Shown: positions 36,868 to 47,900 of the stretch, one piece after another
Position numbering within the stretch: the first letter of the stretch is position 1
Layout of the letters: each line of letters begins with the position of its first letter
Origin: Sedimentisphaerales bacterium
Lineage (GTDB): Bacteria > Planctomycetota > Phycisphaerae > Sedimentisphaerales > Anaerobacaceae
Direction: 5' to 3'
Length of the DNA: 64,000 bases
NCBI GenBank assembly: GCA_963662565.2
Contig: CAXXXG010000008.1
Span: 3,614-67,613 of the forward strand
Program-made: the position numbers and the translations under genes
Notes under the pieces: generated by a model
The model's database searches: none
Told to the model about the DNA's origin: nothing
What the model saw: the letters and a program-made list of their open reading frames with translations, nothing else

Positions 36868-37848
36868 TTGGCCGCTATTGATCTCGATTTTGCCCGCAGT
36901 GTCATTGCTGCAGAGGGCTCTACCATCTGTTCCATGCAAGACGTTGTCGATGAAGCCTTTGCCGCCGCCATTGAGATGATTTACCAGAGCAAGGGATCAT
37001 GTATTGTCAGCGGTATTGGTAAGGCGGGTATCATTGGGCAAAAGATCAGTGCCACCATGGCATCAACCGGCACTCCAAGCCACTTTCTCCATCCGGCCGA
37101 GGCCGTACACGGAGACCTGGGCCGTCTTCGTCAAGACGATGTGGTCTTGACCTTGAGTTACGGCGGTGAGACCGATGAAATCGTCCGCCTGATCACCCTG
37201 GTCAAACAACTCCAGATCAAACTCATTGCCATCACCAGCGATCCCAAGTCCACCCTCAGCAAACACAGCGACATCGTGCTGCTCATGGGCAAGGTTACCG
37301 AGGCCTGCCCCCTGGGGGTCGCCCCCAGCGTATCCACGGCCTGTATGTTGGCATTGGGAGACGCCTTGGCCTTGACGCTGATGAAGGCCCGTGAATTCGG
37401 CGTGGAGGACTATGTGCGTTTCCATCCAGGCGGATCCCTGGGCGCCAAACTCATGACCGTGGAGCAATCCATGATGTTCAAGCCCGGCGAAAAACTCCCC
37501 CTGTGCCAGGCCTCGGACACGGTCAAGGCCATGCTGACCCAAACTCAGGACGTCAAACGTCATGGTGCGGTTATGGTCGTCGATGGGCAAGGGAAACTCG
37601 CTGGAATCGTAACCGACGGCGATCTGCGCCGTGCCATTACCCAGTCGGGGGCAGACGCCTTTGACCTGACCATGGCGCAGATCATGACGGCCCATTGCAA
37701 AGCCATCCGCCTGGACGCCCTGGCTGCCGAGGCCACCGGCCTGTTTCATAAATTCCGCATTGATGAATTGCCGGTAGTGGACCGTGAAAACCGTCCTGTG
37801 GGTCTCATTGATGTCCAGGATATCGTCACCATCAAGGTGGTGGGATAA
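36868..37848 (+). CDS. kpsF: arabinose-5-phosphate isomerase (SIS + 2 CBS domains)
   Basis: VSGIGKAGIIGQKISATMASTGTPSHFLHPAEAVHGDLG and SYGGETDE, with C-terminal tandem CBS (GIVTDGDLRR, LPVVD). Confidence 0.85.
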   Translation: MAAIDLDFARSVIAAEGSTICSMQDVVDEAFAAAIEMIYQSKGSCIVSGIGKAGIIGQKISATMASTGTPSHFLHPAEAVHGDLGRLRQDDVVLTLSYGGETDEIVRLITLVKQLQIKLIAITSDPKSTLSKHSDIVLLMGKVTEACPLGVAPSVSTACMLALGDALALTLMKAREFGVEDYVRFHPGGSLGAKLMTVEQSMMFKPGEKLPLCQASDTVKAMLTQTQDVKRHGAVMVVDGQGKLAGIVTDGDLRRAITQSGADAFDLTMAQIMTAHCKAIRLDALAAEATGLFHKFRIDELPVVDRENRPVGLIDVQDIVTIKVVG

Positions 37849-38047
37849 TCCATCAAGGCGACTCAAGATTACCTTCATAATATTTTCATAAAATCTGAAA
37901 TTAACTGTGACCCACCGCGAAACCCCTACACTGTATAGGTAGAATCCTTCCATGGATTGGCGTTCACCGACGTTGGTCCATTGAAGCGATGATCCTTCTT
38001 CCCAGAGGATGCCGGGGCCTGTCCCCTAACATGGCCCCGGCTATTTT

Positions 38048-38875
38048 TCAGGGTACCCACAGCGGGGTTTGATTGGTGTAATGATTTGGATCGCCTGTCA
38101 CCATGAGGTCATCCGCAGCAATGTGATCGAGATGCCCATCGGAAAAGGTGACATTGACCGACTGGTTGGGGTGACGACCTTTGACCGCATCATCCTGCAT
38201 AACGGACATGATATCACTCCTGAGGGCATTCGCAGAAAAGCCGGGGATATAAGATCGTTTCTCTCGATTCTTATCAACCTGCGCGGTCAAACCACTAAAA
38301 TCAAAGGGGTCGATGGTTGCGTGCTGCCAGGAAACCAAGGTGTAACCGCTATCACACAGCAACAAGGTCTTGCCCGGCTGCCTCAGTCGAGCAAGACTCT
38401 TTGATCGCGGTGAGAACGCTTCATAACCAGGAGTCTCACGCACGCTAGGGAAACCAAGCAGAGACCGATTAATACCAAAATTGCCGCACAGTACATTACT
38501 TAGCCCAACGTAATAATTATCCTTGAATGACGTGGAAGGACATTCCAGATCTTTCTGACACCAATAATCCTCTGTGCGTTGACAAATCAACTTAAACCAC
38601 CACTGATACATTGGCAAATCCAGCATTCGATAACCGACGACATCCTCATCACGAACCTCAGAGAGTTTGATGATAGTGAACGCAGGGGGTAAGCTTTGGA
38701 AATCCGATTCATAGGTCATTAAGGCCGTATAAAGCTGCCTCTGCCGAGACATACATTGGGCACTACGAGCCAATTCACGCACCCGCCGACCCACCCCAAG
38801 CCCAAGATTGATCAAAAAGGCCAGGATGGCAATAACAACCAGCAATTCAATTAGAGAAAAACCTCGAATTCTCAT
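38048..38875 (-). CDS. prepilin-type N-terminal cleavage/methylation protein (PVC-type, DUF1559-like)
   Basis: RGFSLIELLVVIAILAFL N-methylation motif and C-terminal ...NVTFSDGH. Start at Met13 of the track ORF. Confidence 0.75.
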   Translation of the reverse strand: MRIRGFSLIELLVVIAILAFLINLGLGVGRRVRELARSAQCMSRQRQLYTALMTYESDFQSLPPAFTIIKLSEVRDEDVVGYRMLDLPMYQWWFKLICQRTEDYWCQKDLECPSTSFKDNYYVGLSNVLCGNFGINRSLLGFPSVRETPGYEAFSPRSKSLARLRQPGKTLLLCDSGYTLVSWQHATIDPFDFSGLTAQVDKNREKRSYIPGFSANALRSDIMSVMQDDAVKGRHPNQSVNVTFSDGHLDHIAADDLMVTGDPNHYTNQTPLWVP

Positions 38876-38927
38876 GCACACCATTATATCCGGTGTCACA
38901 GGAAAATACATGCCGTTTCTCTCTCAA

Positions 38928-40724
38928 TCAACTATCTGGATATTCTCCGTCACACGCCCACCACACAACCGGATACACTGTGCCCCAAGACTTACAATCT
39001 GAAGGACATAACAGCCACTCCCGAATCAGATAAGGAGACTCATAACAGTCGGGCACATCCTCGCACTGATAGTACCAAAAGTATTGAATTTCTTTACCAG
39101 AACATACCATATTGACCTCTATACATTGCTGAGGATTCATTGATATCTGGTTGGGTATGGTACATCCATCGTAGCCCTCGCCTCCCAAGATGGAGGCCTG
39201 GACATCCAATGACAACTCCGCCTGTTCGTTGATTTCAAGGGCTTGATCATTTGATAAGAGCAAAACAATGAATTCGTCTTGATTCCCAAAGTGGGCTTTC
39301 TTGAGAGGTCGATAGAAGGTGTTACTGGTCAGATCGATGACCCAGGCTTCCGTGGTATTGACATAATCGAGCAAAACAAAGTGCCCCTTGCCCGGACGAT
39401 AGAGTATGGCCTGTACCCCTTCCAAGGCCTCCATTTCCTCCCAGGTCAAAATGACTGCACGTGCATTGATCCCCAGGCCTTGGGCGATCTTAGTCATATC
39501 CAATAAACTCGTCAGGCCATCACTGGCCACCAGATCAGTGGCCTCGGTCCAATCCAGGGTCTTGCCCAATTGCTCTATAGCATAACGCAGATGAACAGAG
39601 GCGCAATTCTGGAGCAACGATTCGTTTTCATTGACAACCGCCAGGCGTTCAGCCAACAGCATCTCAGGATCCACCGTGACATTGTGATAATAATACAAGG
39701 GCCCAGTGGATTGGGGATTGGTGCGCATCACATGGGTATTCGTGGCCAACTGGGCCTGAAAACGGCTGCTCACAGGAGTCACCGCACTAACGGATAAGGC
39801 CCAACGATGGGAATTGAGTAAACGTCCCTCAAGATCCTGATGCTCTATATAAATCGTGGTCGGCACCCAACGTTCGCCAACCTGGACATAATCGGAACAC
39901 ACGGACCGATCCATCCAATTGAGTTGGATTCCTTGCCACTCCAACGGTGCATAATCTAATGCGGGATCCAAAGTCATGGTATAGGTCACACCGCTATCCA
40001 GGGCCAGCGTCAAATCAACGACCGTTTGACCCTCCGAACTCGTTTCCTGGGCCAGGATTTTCGCTGACTGAAGATCTACCAGAGACAAATCACCCTGCCC
40101 CCAACTGATAAAACCCGCCAACAAAGGAGCCAGAGCCAACTCCGGTGCCATGTCCTGATCCTCGATCACCGCATTGGCCACGTCATGGTAATAGCGGGTG
40201 TAGGCTTGTCCATCCCAATAAAAACTTCGTAAGCGACTCTCTGGCAGTCTAACATGATTGGTTTGAATATTATCCACCAGTGTCCCTGTTGGTATAATCG
40301 AATCCTCACGTTCAATTATCTCTATTTGATAATGATATCGACCTCCACGGATCGCGACCTCTTCCTGGGTAACCTGGGTATATTCATTAAGCCATACGTG
40401 ACGAACATTAAAAGGGATAGCTTCCAAAAAATCCTTTTGGGTTTCTTCTGTGAGTTGGGGCTTGTCATCAAGTGCCAAGTAGGCGGCAATCTCCTCCTTG
40501 ATACGTGACTCAACCCAATCGACATCCGTGGTCTTGGGGGCTTGGTACTCAACATGTTTGGCCTTGACTGACCCGGAAGTGATCCATCCATCTGAGGTGT
40601 TTTCCACCAATTGAGAGAGCAGGCTGTCGATCTCAGCTTGTGTCAACTGACGATCCGCATACAGACAGGGGGTTAATAGGCAGGAAATCAGTGCGCATAA
40701 AAGTAGTGCTCGGGGTGTCTTCAT
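38928..40724 (-). CDS. secreted protein with C39-like cysteine-peptidase domain and Cys-rich tail
   Basis: Signal peptide MKTPRALLLCALISCLL. LQNCASVHLRYAIEQLG (Cys) and GKGHFVLLDY (His). Ten Cys in the last ~85 aa. Confidence 0.55.
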   Translation of the reverse strand: MKTPRALLLCALISCLLTPCLYADRQLTQAEIDSLLSQLVENTSDGWITSGSVKAKHVEYQAPKTTDVDWVESRIKEEIAAYLALDDKPQLTEETQKDFLEAIPFNVRHVWLNEYTQVTQEEVAIRGGRYHYQIEIIEREDSIIPTGTLVDNIQTNHVRLPESRLRSFYWDGQAYTRYYHDVANAVIEDQDMAPELALAPLLAGFISWGQGDLSLVDLQSAKILAQETSSEGQTVVDLTLALDSGVTYTMTLDPALDYAPLEWQGIQLNWMDRSVCSDYVQVGERWVPTTIYIEHQDLEGRLLNSHRWALSVSAVTPVSSRFQAQLATNTHVMRTNPQSTGPLYYYHNVTVDPEMLLAERLAVVNENESLLQNCASVHLRYAIEQLGKTLDWTEATDLVASDGLTSLLDMTKIAQGLGINARAVILTWEEMEALEGVQAILYRPGKGHFVLLDYVNTTEAWVIDLTSNTFYRPLKKAHFGNQDEFIVLLLSNDQALEINEQAELSLDVQASILGGEGYDGCTIPNQISMNPQQCIEVNMVCSGKEIQYFWYYQCEDVPDCYESPYLIREWLLCPSDCKSWGTVYPVVWWACDGEYPDS

Positions 40725-41231
40725 GATCAGATCCCTCATCTTAAGATTGACGAATTTGTTATCATGCCAGCCAAGCGCACTTTCTGGTATCTATAACTAA
40801 AGAGAGTGACAGACGATTAAAAGTTTGCATCAAAAGCGGACATTCGGAGAAAATTATCACCACACATCAATTTGAGCTTCCATCACCCACTTGATATAGA
40901 CAGGCAGTGAGATAAATAACACCGCCACATATGAGAGTTAGAAAAACTCAACGAGACGACACTGTTAATTTAGGTCATCTTTTATTATTCGTTCTCGTCC
41001 TCCCCATTCCGCACCCATAACGTCACCCAGAGAAACTTCACTTTTTTCACTCAATTCGGAGCTTTTTTTTTGTCCCTCGTCCCATAAAAGTATAAAGTTT
41101 TACAAAGTCGGACGCCGACAATGACTAATAACGTATCGCTATTATTAGTGTTGAAAAAAGGGATTTTTTCGCTCAGCTTCTTGGGGTAACTTGGGGCGGC
41201 GAAATGGAACCATGAGCTGGAGACCAATGGA

Positions 41232-42596
41232 ATGAGAACGATAGCAGTGGTAAACCAGAAAGGTGGCTGCGGGAAAACAACCGTATCGATCAACCTTGCC
41301 AGTGCCCTGGCACAAGCCAACAAACGGGTTCTGCTCGTCGATATGGACCCCCAATCACACTGTGCCGTGGGATTGGCTGTACCCGAGGAACAAATTGAAC
41401 AAAGCATCTACGACGTCCTGATCAGCAAGAGTCGCAATGAACCCATTCGCCTCTCCGAGATCCTGTGGCAAATCAGTGACCGCCTGGAATTGGCTCCTGC
41501 CAGTATCGACCTGTCCGCTTTTGAGCAACAGATGACTGGCGTCCCTGATCGTGAATGCTGCCTCAAGAACGTCCTGGACGAGGTTAGTGACAGTTATGAC
41601 TATGTCGTGGTCGATTGCCCGCCTGCTGTGGGCCTGTTGACCTTCAACGCCCTCCGGGCTGCTTCGGACGTGGTCGTCCCGGTCGAAACCGGTTACTTCG
41701 CCCTACATGGACTAAGTAAACAACTCGAAACCCTGGGCATCCTGTGCAAACGTTGCCGTCAGCAAGTCGATGTCAAGGTCCTGGCCAGCATGTATGACAT
41801 CCGCACCAAGATGGCCCGCGAGATCCTGGCCGAACTGAGAACTCATTTCTCGGATCGCATGCTCAAGACCGTGGTCAATTTCAATACCAAGATCAAAGAA
41901 GCCGCCTCCTTTGGCCAACCCATCAACGAATACGATCCGGCCAGCAAGGGTCAACAGGACTTCCAAATGCTGGCCGAAGAGATCATGGGCACCGAGGCCA
42001 AGCAGGACAGCAAAGCCCTGGTCAACACCCTAGCCGACCAGCTCGATGCCATTAGCAGTAGCGCCAACGAGCTATTGGAAGAGGCCAACCAACAAGAAGT
42101 CGAGATCCAAATCGAAAACACCCTGGATATTGCCGAACCTCAAGAGGCCCTCGAAAAGGTCGAACCCCTGGCTGAGGCCGTGATGACCGAGGAACAGGCA
42201 CAGGTCGAAGAACTCCAACCGGAACCGGAGATTGAAATCATTGCCGAGACCGAAGAGGCTCAAGAAACTGAACCTCAAGTTCAGGCCATGGATACCGAAG
42301 CCAAACTTTCTGAATACTATGGCGTTAGCCAGGCCCATGATGCAGTCATGTTCGTGAGCCTGTACCCCAGAGCAAATAACGTTCAGCTCGCAGGTGACTT
42401 CAACAATTGGCAACCCCAGGACACCCCCATGGAACGTGTGGGTGACAGTGGGGTATGGCAGGCCAAATTGAACCTGGGCAACGGCCTCTATCGCTACCGC
42501 ATCGTGGTCGATGGTCAATGGCAACAGGATCCCTATAACGAGCGAACCGAGATGAACCCATTCGGTGAGATGAACTCACTGGTTGAGGTCAAGTAA
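41232..42596 (+). CDS. ParA/MinD-family ATPase fused through an acidic linker to a CBM48/AMPK-beta-type glycogen-binding domain
   Basis: Deviant Walker A NQKGGCGKTT and DCPP. C-terminus: VMFVSLYPRANNVQLAGDFNNWQP...GVWQAKLNLGNGLYRYRIVVDGQWQQDPYN. Confidence 0.75.
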   Translation: MRTIAVVNQKGGCGKTTVSINLASALAQANKRVLLVDMDPQSHCAVGLAVPEEQIEQSIYDVLISKSRNEPIRLSEILWQISDRLELAPASIDLSAFEQQMTGVPDRECCLKNVLDEVSDSYDYVVVDCPPAVGLLTFNALRAASDVVVPVETGYFALHGLSKQLETLGILCKRCRQQVDVKVLASMYDIRTKMAREILAELRTHFSDRMLKTVVNFNTKIKEAASFGQPINEYDPASKGQQDFQMLAEEIMGTEAKQDSKALVNTLADQLDAISSSANELLEEANQQEVEIQIENTLDIAEPQEALEKVEPLAEAVMTEEQAQVEELQPEPEIEIIAETEEAQETEPQVQAMDTEAKLSEYYGVSQAHDAVMFVSLYPRANNVQLAGDFNNWQPQDTPMERVGDSGVWQAKLNLGNGLYRYRIVVDGQWQQDPYNERTEMNPFGEMNSLVEVK

Positions 42597-42626
42597 ACTC
42601 GCTTATCAAGACTAAAAAGAGTCAAA

Positions 42627-42658
42627 GCCACCCAAGCTAGCTTGGGTGGCTTTTTTTT
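42627..42658 (+). terminator. rho-independent terminator
   Basis: GCCACCCAAGC-TA-GCTTGGGTGGC perfect palindrome followed by T8. Confidence 0.85.
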
Positions 42659-42821
42659 GTATCAACATCGGAAACCCAATGATAGGCTTCGCGAACGTAT
42701 CCTTGTTCCATCCAATGAAAATTGAGCCTGCGGCTCAAGGCGGGATTCGCTGACACGGTAAGCTTGGCTTGTCAAACCCGATTGGATCTTTGATCCAATC
42801 GGGGTCTCATCCGCATCTATA

Positions 42822-42860
42822 TTTAAACCCACCTGGGCACAAGGCCCAGGTGGGTTTAAA
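42822..42860. terminator. 17-bp perfect inverted repeat, likely (bidirectional) terminator 3' of tRNA-Ser
   Basis: TTTAAACCCACCTGGGC-acaag-GCCCAGGTGGGTTTAAA, directly abutting the tRNA 3' end. Confidence 0.6.
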
Positions 42861-42948
42861 CGGAGAGGGCGGGATTCGAACCCGCGGTAGGGACAAGCCC
42901 TACACAGCCTTTCCAAGGCTGCTCGATAAGCCACTCCGACACCTCTCC
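42861..42948 (-). tRNA. tRNA-Ser (anticodon GGA), class II long variable arm
   Basis: Reverse complement: GGAGAGG...CAGCC-TTGGAAA-GGCTG...GGGTTCGAATCCC...CCTCTCC-G. No encoded CCA. Confidence 0.9.
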
Positions 42949-43033
42949 AGGTATGCAGAGTTGGGCGTGATGCCCAAAGCAAGTCGCTTTTATACCATTT
43001 TTAGCCCCATTCCGTCAAGAACGTCATTAGCCT

Positions 43034-43528
43034 CTATCGACTGTTTTCCGCCCGTCGTCTGCGAAAAAACTCCTTTAATAGCTCAGAACAAGGCTCAGCC
43101 AACACTCCGGAGACCACCTCGGGCCGGTGATTCAGGCGGGGATCTGCCAAAATCTGATACAGACTCTGTACGGCTCCTGCCTTGGGGTCCTCACAACCGT
43201 AGACCACCCGGTCAATGCGAGACAACACCAAGGCCCCGGCACACATGGTGCAGGGCTCCAGCGTTACATACAGGGTGCAGCCATGCAAACGCCAGCACTC
43301 CAGATGCGCTGCGGCCTGGGTTAATGCCACGACCTCGGCATGGGCGGTCGGGTCCTGAAGCTGCTCCCGCTGGTTGTAGGCCTTGGCAATGATCCGGCCC
43401 TCATGCACAATCACCGCTCCAATAGGGACATCCCCATTTTCCTCGGCAATGTAAGCCGCATCAATGGCCATGCGCATAAAACGCTCGTCTGAGGGTGCCA
43501 GCGAAGGGATGTCATGTTGAGCATTCAT
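43034..43528 (-). CDS. tadA: tRNA-specific adenosine deaminase
   Basis: HAEVVAL and PCTMCAGAL CDA zinc motifs. 164 aa. Confidence 0.9.
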   Translation of the reverse strand: MNAQHDIPSLAPSDERFMRMAIDAAYIAEENGDVPIGAVIVHEGRIIAKAYNQREQLQDPTAHAEVVALTQAAAHLECWRLHGCTLYVTLEPCTMCAGALVLSRIDRVVYGCEDPKAGAVQSLYQILADPRLNHRPEVVSGVLAEPCSELLKEFFRRRRAENSR

Positions 43529-43560
43529 AGTGATATGGGGTCCAGAGGAGAAAAAAAGAG

Positions 43561-43633
43561 TACCCCCAAGGGGAGTCGAACCCCTGTCTCCAGGATGAGA
43601 ACCTGATATCCTAGGCCACTAGACGATGGGGGC
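43561..43633 (-). tRNA. tRNA-Glu (anticodon CTC)
   Basis: Reverse complement: GCCCCCATCGTCTAGTGGCCTAGGATATCAGG-TTCTCAT-CCTGG...AGGGGTTCGACTCCCCT-TGGGGGT-A. Confidence 0.85.
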
Positions 43634-43679
43634 ACTAAAAAGCACCGATTTTACTGACCAATCAATAATCGATCAAAAA

Positions 43680-43753
43680 TAGCGACGGGTGGATTCGAAC
43701 CACCGACCTTAGGCTTATGAATCCCACGCTCTAACCAGCTGAGCTACGTCGCC
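43680..43753 (-). tRNA. tRNA with anticodon CAT (Met or lysidine-modified Ile2)
   Basis: Reverse complement: GGCGACGTAGCTCAGCTGGTTAGAGCG-TGGGA-TTCATAA-GCCTA-AGGTC-GGTGGTTCGAATCCACC-CGTCGCT-A. The identity (Met vs Ile2) cannot be resolved by eye. Confidence 0.8.
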
Positions 43754-43915
43754 AGGTCTGACGAAAGTTAATAACATAGCAATACCAACCAACCTTTGTC
43801 AATCGTTTTGCCTGGTTTAACTGACAAAAATACCCGGTCTCACCTGCCATCGACTGGGAGGGATAGCAGGCGAAACCGGCAGGTTCCTCCTGAACCTGAA
43901 CACATGATTTTTAAG

Positions 43916-44515
43916 CTAAATCGCTGTTTTTCGTCTTCTTCGGGATAAACCAAGAACCCCCAACCCCAACAAGGCAATCGTTGCCGGTTCGGGTACACTG
44001 ATGACGGTGATTTCACTGACGGTCCCCTGGCCTGAAGAACTCCCGCCACTGCCACCACTGAAACTCGCTGAATAAAAATCAACCACCGAATTGGAGAGTA
44101 CACCCCCGCCGCCTCCACCGCCGCCAACGCCAGTGGAGGTAATCAGATCTTCCTCACCCAAACCCATGGTGATGGGTTCGTAGACCGCAATGACTGCACG
44201 GGATTGATCTAAACGGACAGTTGTAGTACTGGAAGTGGGATCCGATACGTCGCCTAACCAATAGGAAAACCGGAAGCCGCTCTGAGGCATGGCCGTAATG
44301 GTGATCTCGGTCCCGGGCGCATACTCATGCACACCCGTGCCCAGATCCAATGAGCCGCCATCTGCAGGGCTTTGCTCCAGCAGCAATTCCACGCCACCAT
44401 CACAGAATCCCGGCCGGGCGCATATCAATATCACCCAAACCATGAGGATCCACCCCAAGCGACGGCTATTTGTCCAATAGCCCCCAAACATTTTCCCAGT
44501 CACCCTCTTTGTCAA
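43916..44515 (-). CDS. PEP-CTERM sorting-domain protein with InlB-B-repeat-like domain
   Basis: C-terminus VPEPATIALLGLGVLGLSRRRRK, Gly-rich linker and N-terminal signal anchor. Confidence 0.8.
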   Translation of the reverse strand: MTKRVTGKMFGGYWTNSRRLGWILMVWVILICARPGFCDGGVELLLEQSPADGGSLDLGTGVHEYAPGTEITITAMPQSGFRFSYWLGDVSDPTSSTTTVRLDQSRAVIAVYEPITMGLGEEDLITSTGVGGGGGGGGVLSNSVVDFYSASFSGGSGGSSSGQGTVSEITVISVPEPATIALLGLGVLGLSRRRRKTAI

Positions 44516-44846
44516 TAAAACCGTTTCATGTGCTCCAACTGCCTAGGAGAAAAGCGAAGCCAGTGTGCTTCTCCATGCGTCAGAAATCCTACGGGAAAGA
44601 CAAATCGGTCCATGATAAGCCCAGCAGACTCCGCTGCCCGGGCAATTAATTCGAACCCCCAGTTCGAATGTACAACACTAATTTAGTTAAAATAGGCAGA
44701 CAGTTCAAGCAACCTCAACAGTGTATAACCCTATAAAAGAACCGTCCCTATAAATCACCCCTCTGCCATCTCTACTTAATCCATTTCCGGACTTCACCAC
44801 CAAAAATAGAGGATAGCTCCATAGTTTTTCTCGCTTATTCCCTAAT

Positions 44847-44879
44847 ACAAAAGCGGCCGAATCCAACGATTCGGCCGCT
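44847..44879 (-). terminator. rho-independent terminator of the sigma/anti-sigma operon
   Basis: Minus strand: GCGGCCGAATC-gttg-GATTCGGCCGC followed by TTTTGT. Confidence 0.75.
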
Positions 44880-44938
44880 GAACCATCCTGATACTCAATT
44901 GTGCAGGTACGGTCGGATGGCTTACTGATATGCACAAA

Positions 44939-47900
44939 TTAGAGGTCAGACGATGGCTCATACTCTGCCATGGCCTGAGAAACCAGATCAGAAAGTTGTT
45001 CGGCCTGATCCGTATCGGCCGTCATCACAACGTGTCCCTCTGGATCAATCAAGGTAAACTTTTTGTCATACTGATCCAGAAGCTCCGGCATTTCATTGAT
45101 ACGTTCAATTTCAACATAGAGCACCTTCCATGGGATCTCGTGATAGGCGATGAAATAATCAAAGGGGGGACGTAAATCAATCACCGACATGGTCCAAAGC
45201 GACAGGCTTAAGATTTCAAGTTTATCTTTATCGTACTGTTGGTGTACCTGTTTGAGGTAAGGCAACACGGAGTGAACATAGTTCATCTCCTTCATAGGGC
45301 CACCAGATTCGACGAGTACAAACTTACCACGACAATCCTTTAAGGTTACGATCTTGCTAGAGTGACTGGGCAAGTCGAAACCTGGGGCTATTTGACCTTC
45401 ACGAACCGGTAGCCTCTCATGTAATTCAATCGCACCCAGGTCATCAGTATTTTCAGTGATCTCCACACCACTTTTAACCGTGCGGTACATGCCCCTATCC
45501 TGCAGGTCCAATTCTATGATAAGGTCGTAAAGTCCCGGCTGAACCCCGGAGATCAGGACCTGCCCATCCGCATCAACCTCGCCAGTATAGGTCTTCATAT
45601 CCATCATTAAGGGCATGATTCTTCGAACATAAGCCTGTCCCTCTTCACTTTGCATAAATGTTTCATTCCATTGTTGCTTTTCCTGGGCCGTCATACACAA
45701 CAGATTTTCCGGTAACATCACATCAATGGAGGTGATCGTTCTTAGATCTAAATGTGTTCGCAGGACCACTACTGCCTCTTGATGATCTGTAATGGCATCA
45801 TTAAGCAACTGCAGTACGATTTCACCGCCATTTCCCTCTAGCATTAAAGTCTCAGTGCATCCTGCCTCGACCGAAATAATCTGGCTAGGCATGGACTTTC
45901 TCTGACCATCAACCTCTTCAACGCGTGCAACCGCGTAGGCTCCCGCCGAAACGCGTTCAAAAACAGCCACACCATTGGCATCGAATTCCATATCCCAATC
46001 GACGACAACCCATTGATCGCGACTGGTCATATAGGTCCTATCCAAATGAACCCGACTACATGATTCACCTTCGGGTGCTAAAACCTCAATACATGCCCAG
46101 GGCTCCAGATCAATGCGTGTCAACGAAGGAACAAGAGCAGGATCTATGCGATAATACCCCAGGGGATGTGTAATAAACAATTCATTGGGTTCCTGCATTC
46201 CCGGCAAATCAAACTGCCCATTGGGATCCGTCATGGTTTTGGTGTTTAGGGGGGCAAACACCTCACCAGCCTGTAAGCGAATGGATCGTTCTTCGGTGAC
46301 CTGAATCACCTCCGCTCCAACAGCCGGCATTCCATCCGGGAGATATACGGTTCCAGTCAAAGAACGGAGTTCACCGGGAACCAAGGCAATGGAATGTTCC
46401 AACTCCGTACCATCATTCATCACACACGGACTACAATAGGGTAAATACCCGGGAGCCTCAACTCGAACCATGACCCCTGCAGCATTCATCTCCACCTGAT
46501 ACTGCCCGTCTACACAGTAAAGAGGATTAGTATTCCAGGAGGGGGTATCTCCATGCTGGTCAACTTCGGCCTTATAAAGATAAAATTCCGGAATGGACTG
46601 TCCGCTCTCAGCATCAACCACCGTCCCCTTGAGCATCCCAGATTGATAGAGGATAACGGTATAAGGCCTCTCCCTTGTCTCAATAAGAACATTGTCATTC
46701 GTGACATAACCGCCTTTACGCACCCTAAAGAAATGCTTGCCTTGAGGAAGATCCTCCACTCGGGCCCATCCTTGAGCATCGGTCTGCATAGAAGGACGCG
46801 ATGGTGAAATACCGGATCGCTCTTCAATAATCCAATTGGTCCAATAGATATTGGCACCTTCGAGTGGCGATCCACTTTGATCCAATACTTGTATTGCTGC
46901 CGTTTGCCCTGAACCTAGAGTCAACACAAGTGGTTCTTGATCCTTTTGAACATCTACCAGTTGTCGATCGGGCGCAAATCCCGAAGCAAAAGCCGCTACA
47001 ACCCAATCTCCTGGATGAACGTGCTTAAACACAAATATTCCGTTGGGATCTGTAGTCACCTCAGTCATCCCCCCAGCATAATTACCCCTCCATTTCCACG
47101 CCTTTACTTCAACATCCACTAGGGGATACCCAAGCTCATCCTGCACTAACCCCGTCAAGGTGAGCCCCGACCAAACCGTTAAAACATGCTCGCCAGCCAT
47201 CAATCGATCCAAGCGGGTCTGTTGTCCACTTGCAAAGATATAGTTCGAATTACGAGAACTCATTGAAACATTAGACGCCCCCGGCAACATCTCTTGGCTA
47301 AACCAATATCCTTGTTTATCCGTCTCCAAAGTCAAATACTGCCAACCAAAACTCACATTACCATGCGAATGTCGAGCAACGATGCGAGGTTCGGCTACAG
47401 AATAACCCACTAGGAAGTCGGGCATGGGATGCCCATTAGGATCTATAACTCGACCACTGACGTCGATGCCCTTGAACAGTTGGATTTCGTGGGTCTTGGG
47501 CCAGGGCTCAATATTCCCCCTGCCTATTTGATAGGTCACCTGCAACGGACAATAGCCAGCCTTGAGAATAAAGACCGTCAGAGAATACAGTTGGTCATGA
47601 CTCACATCAAGCTGACACTTCCCATCTTTGTCGGTCACTTCCCTCACATCCCCCAAGGGCCACCCTGACCGAACTTGAATATCACAACCGGACACTGGCT
47701 CCCCTGTGTCACGATCCACAAGGCATAATTCCAACACCCCTTCTTTCTCATGCACAGCATCGTGATAGGTCACTTCATTCGTTTCGTGCGAGTGAACCTG
47801 TGTTCCCAGATCATTCGCTTCCTGCAACATCAACCGTTTTCGAATTCGCGTTATAGCTGATGTTATGGCCTCAACAACAGCTGAATCCGATTCCTTATCC

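Noticed and set aside
37063-37953. 296-aa ORF antisense to kpsF
   Set aside because: Shadow ORF. KpsF motifs (SIS + CBS) are unambiguous on the plus strand.
42662-43392. ORFs of 106 and 207 aa spanning the tRNA-Ser gene and running antisense into tadA
   Set aside because: They overlap a clear tRNA, its terminator palindrome and the tadA coding strand, and the translations are Arg/Pro-rich.
44705-44935. 76-aa ORF downstream of the anti-sigma gene
   Set aside because: It contains the operon's rho-independent terminator (44847-44879) within it, has no RBS and shows no recognisable similarity.
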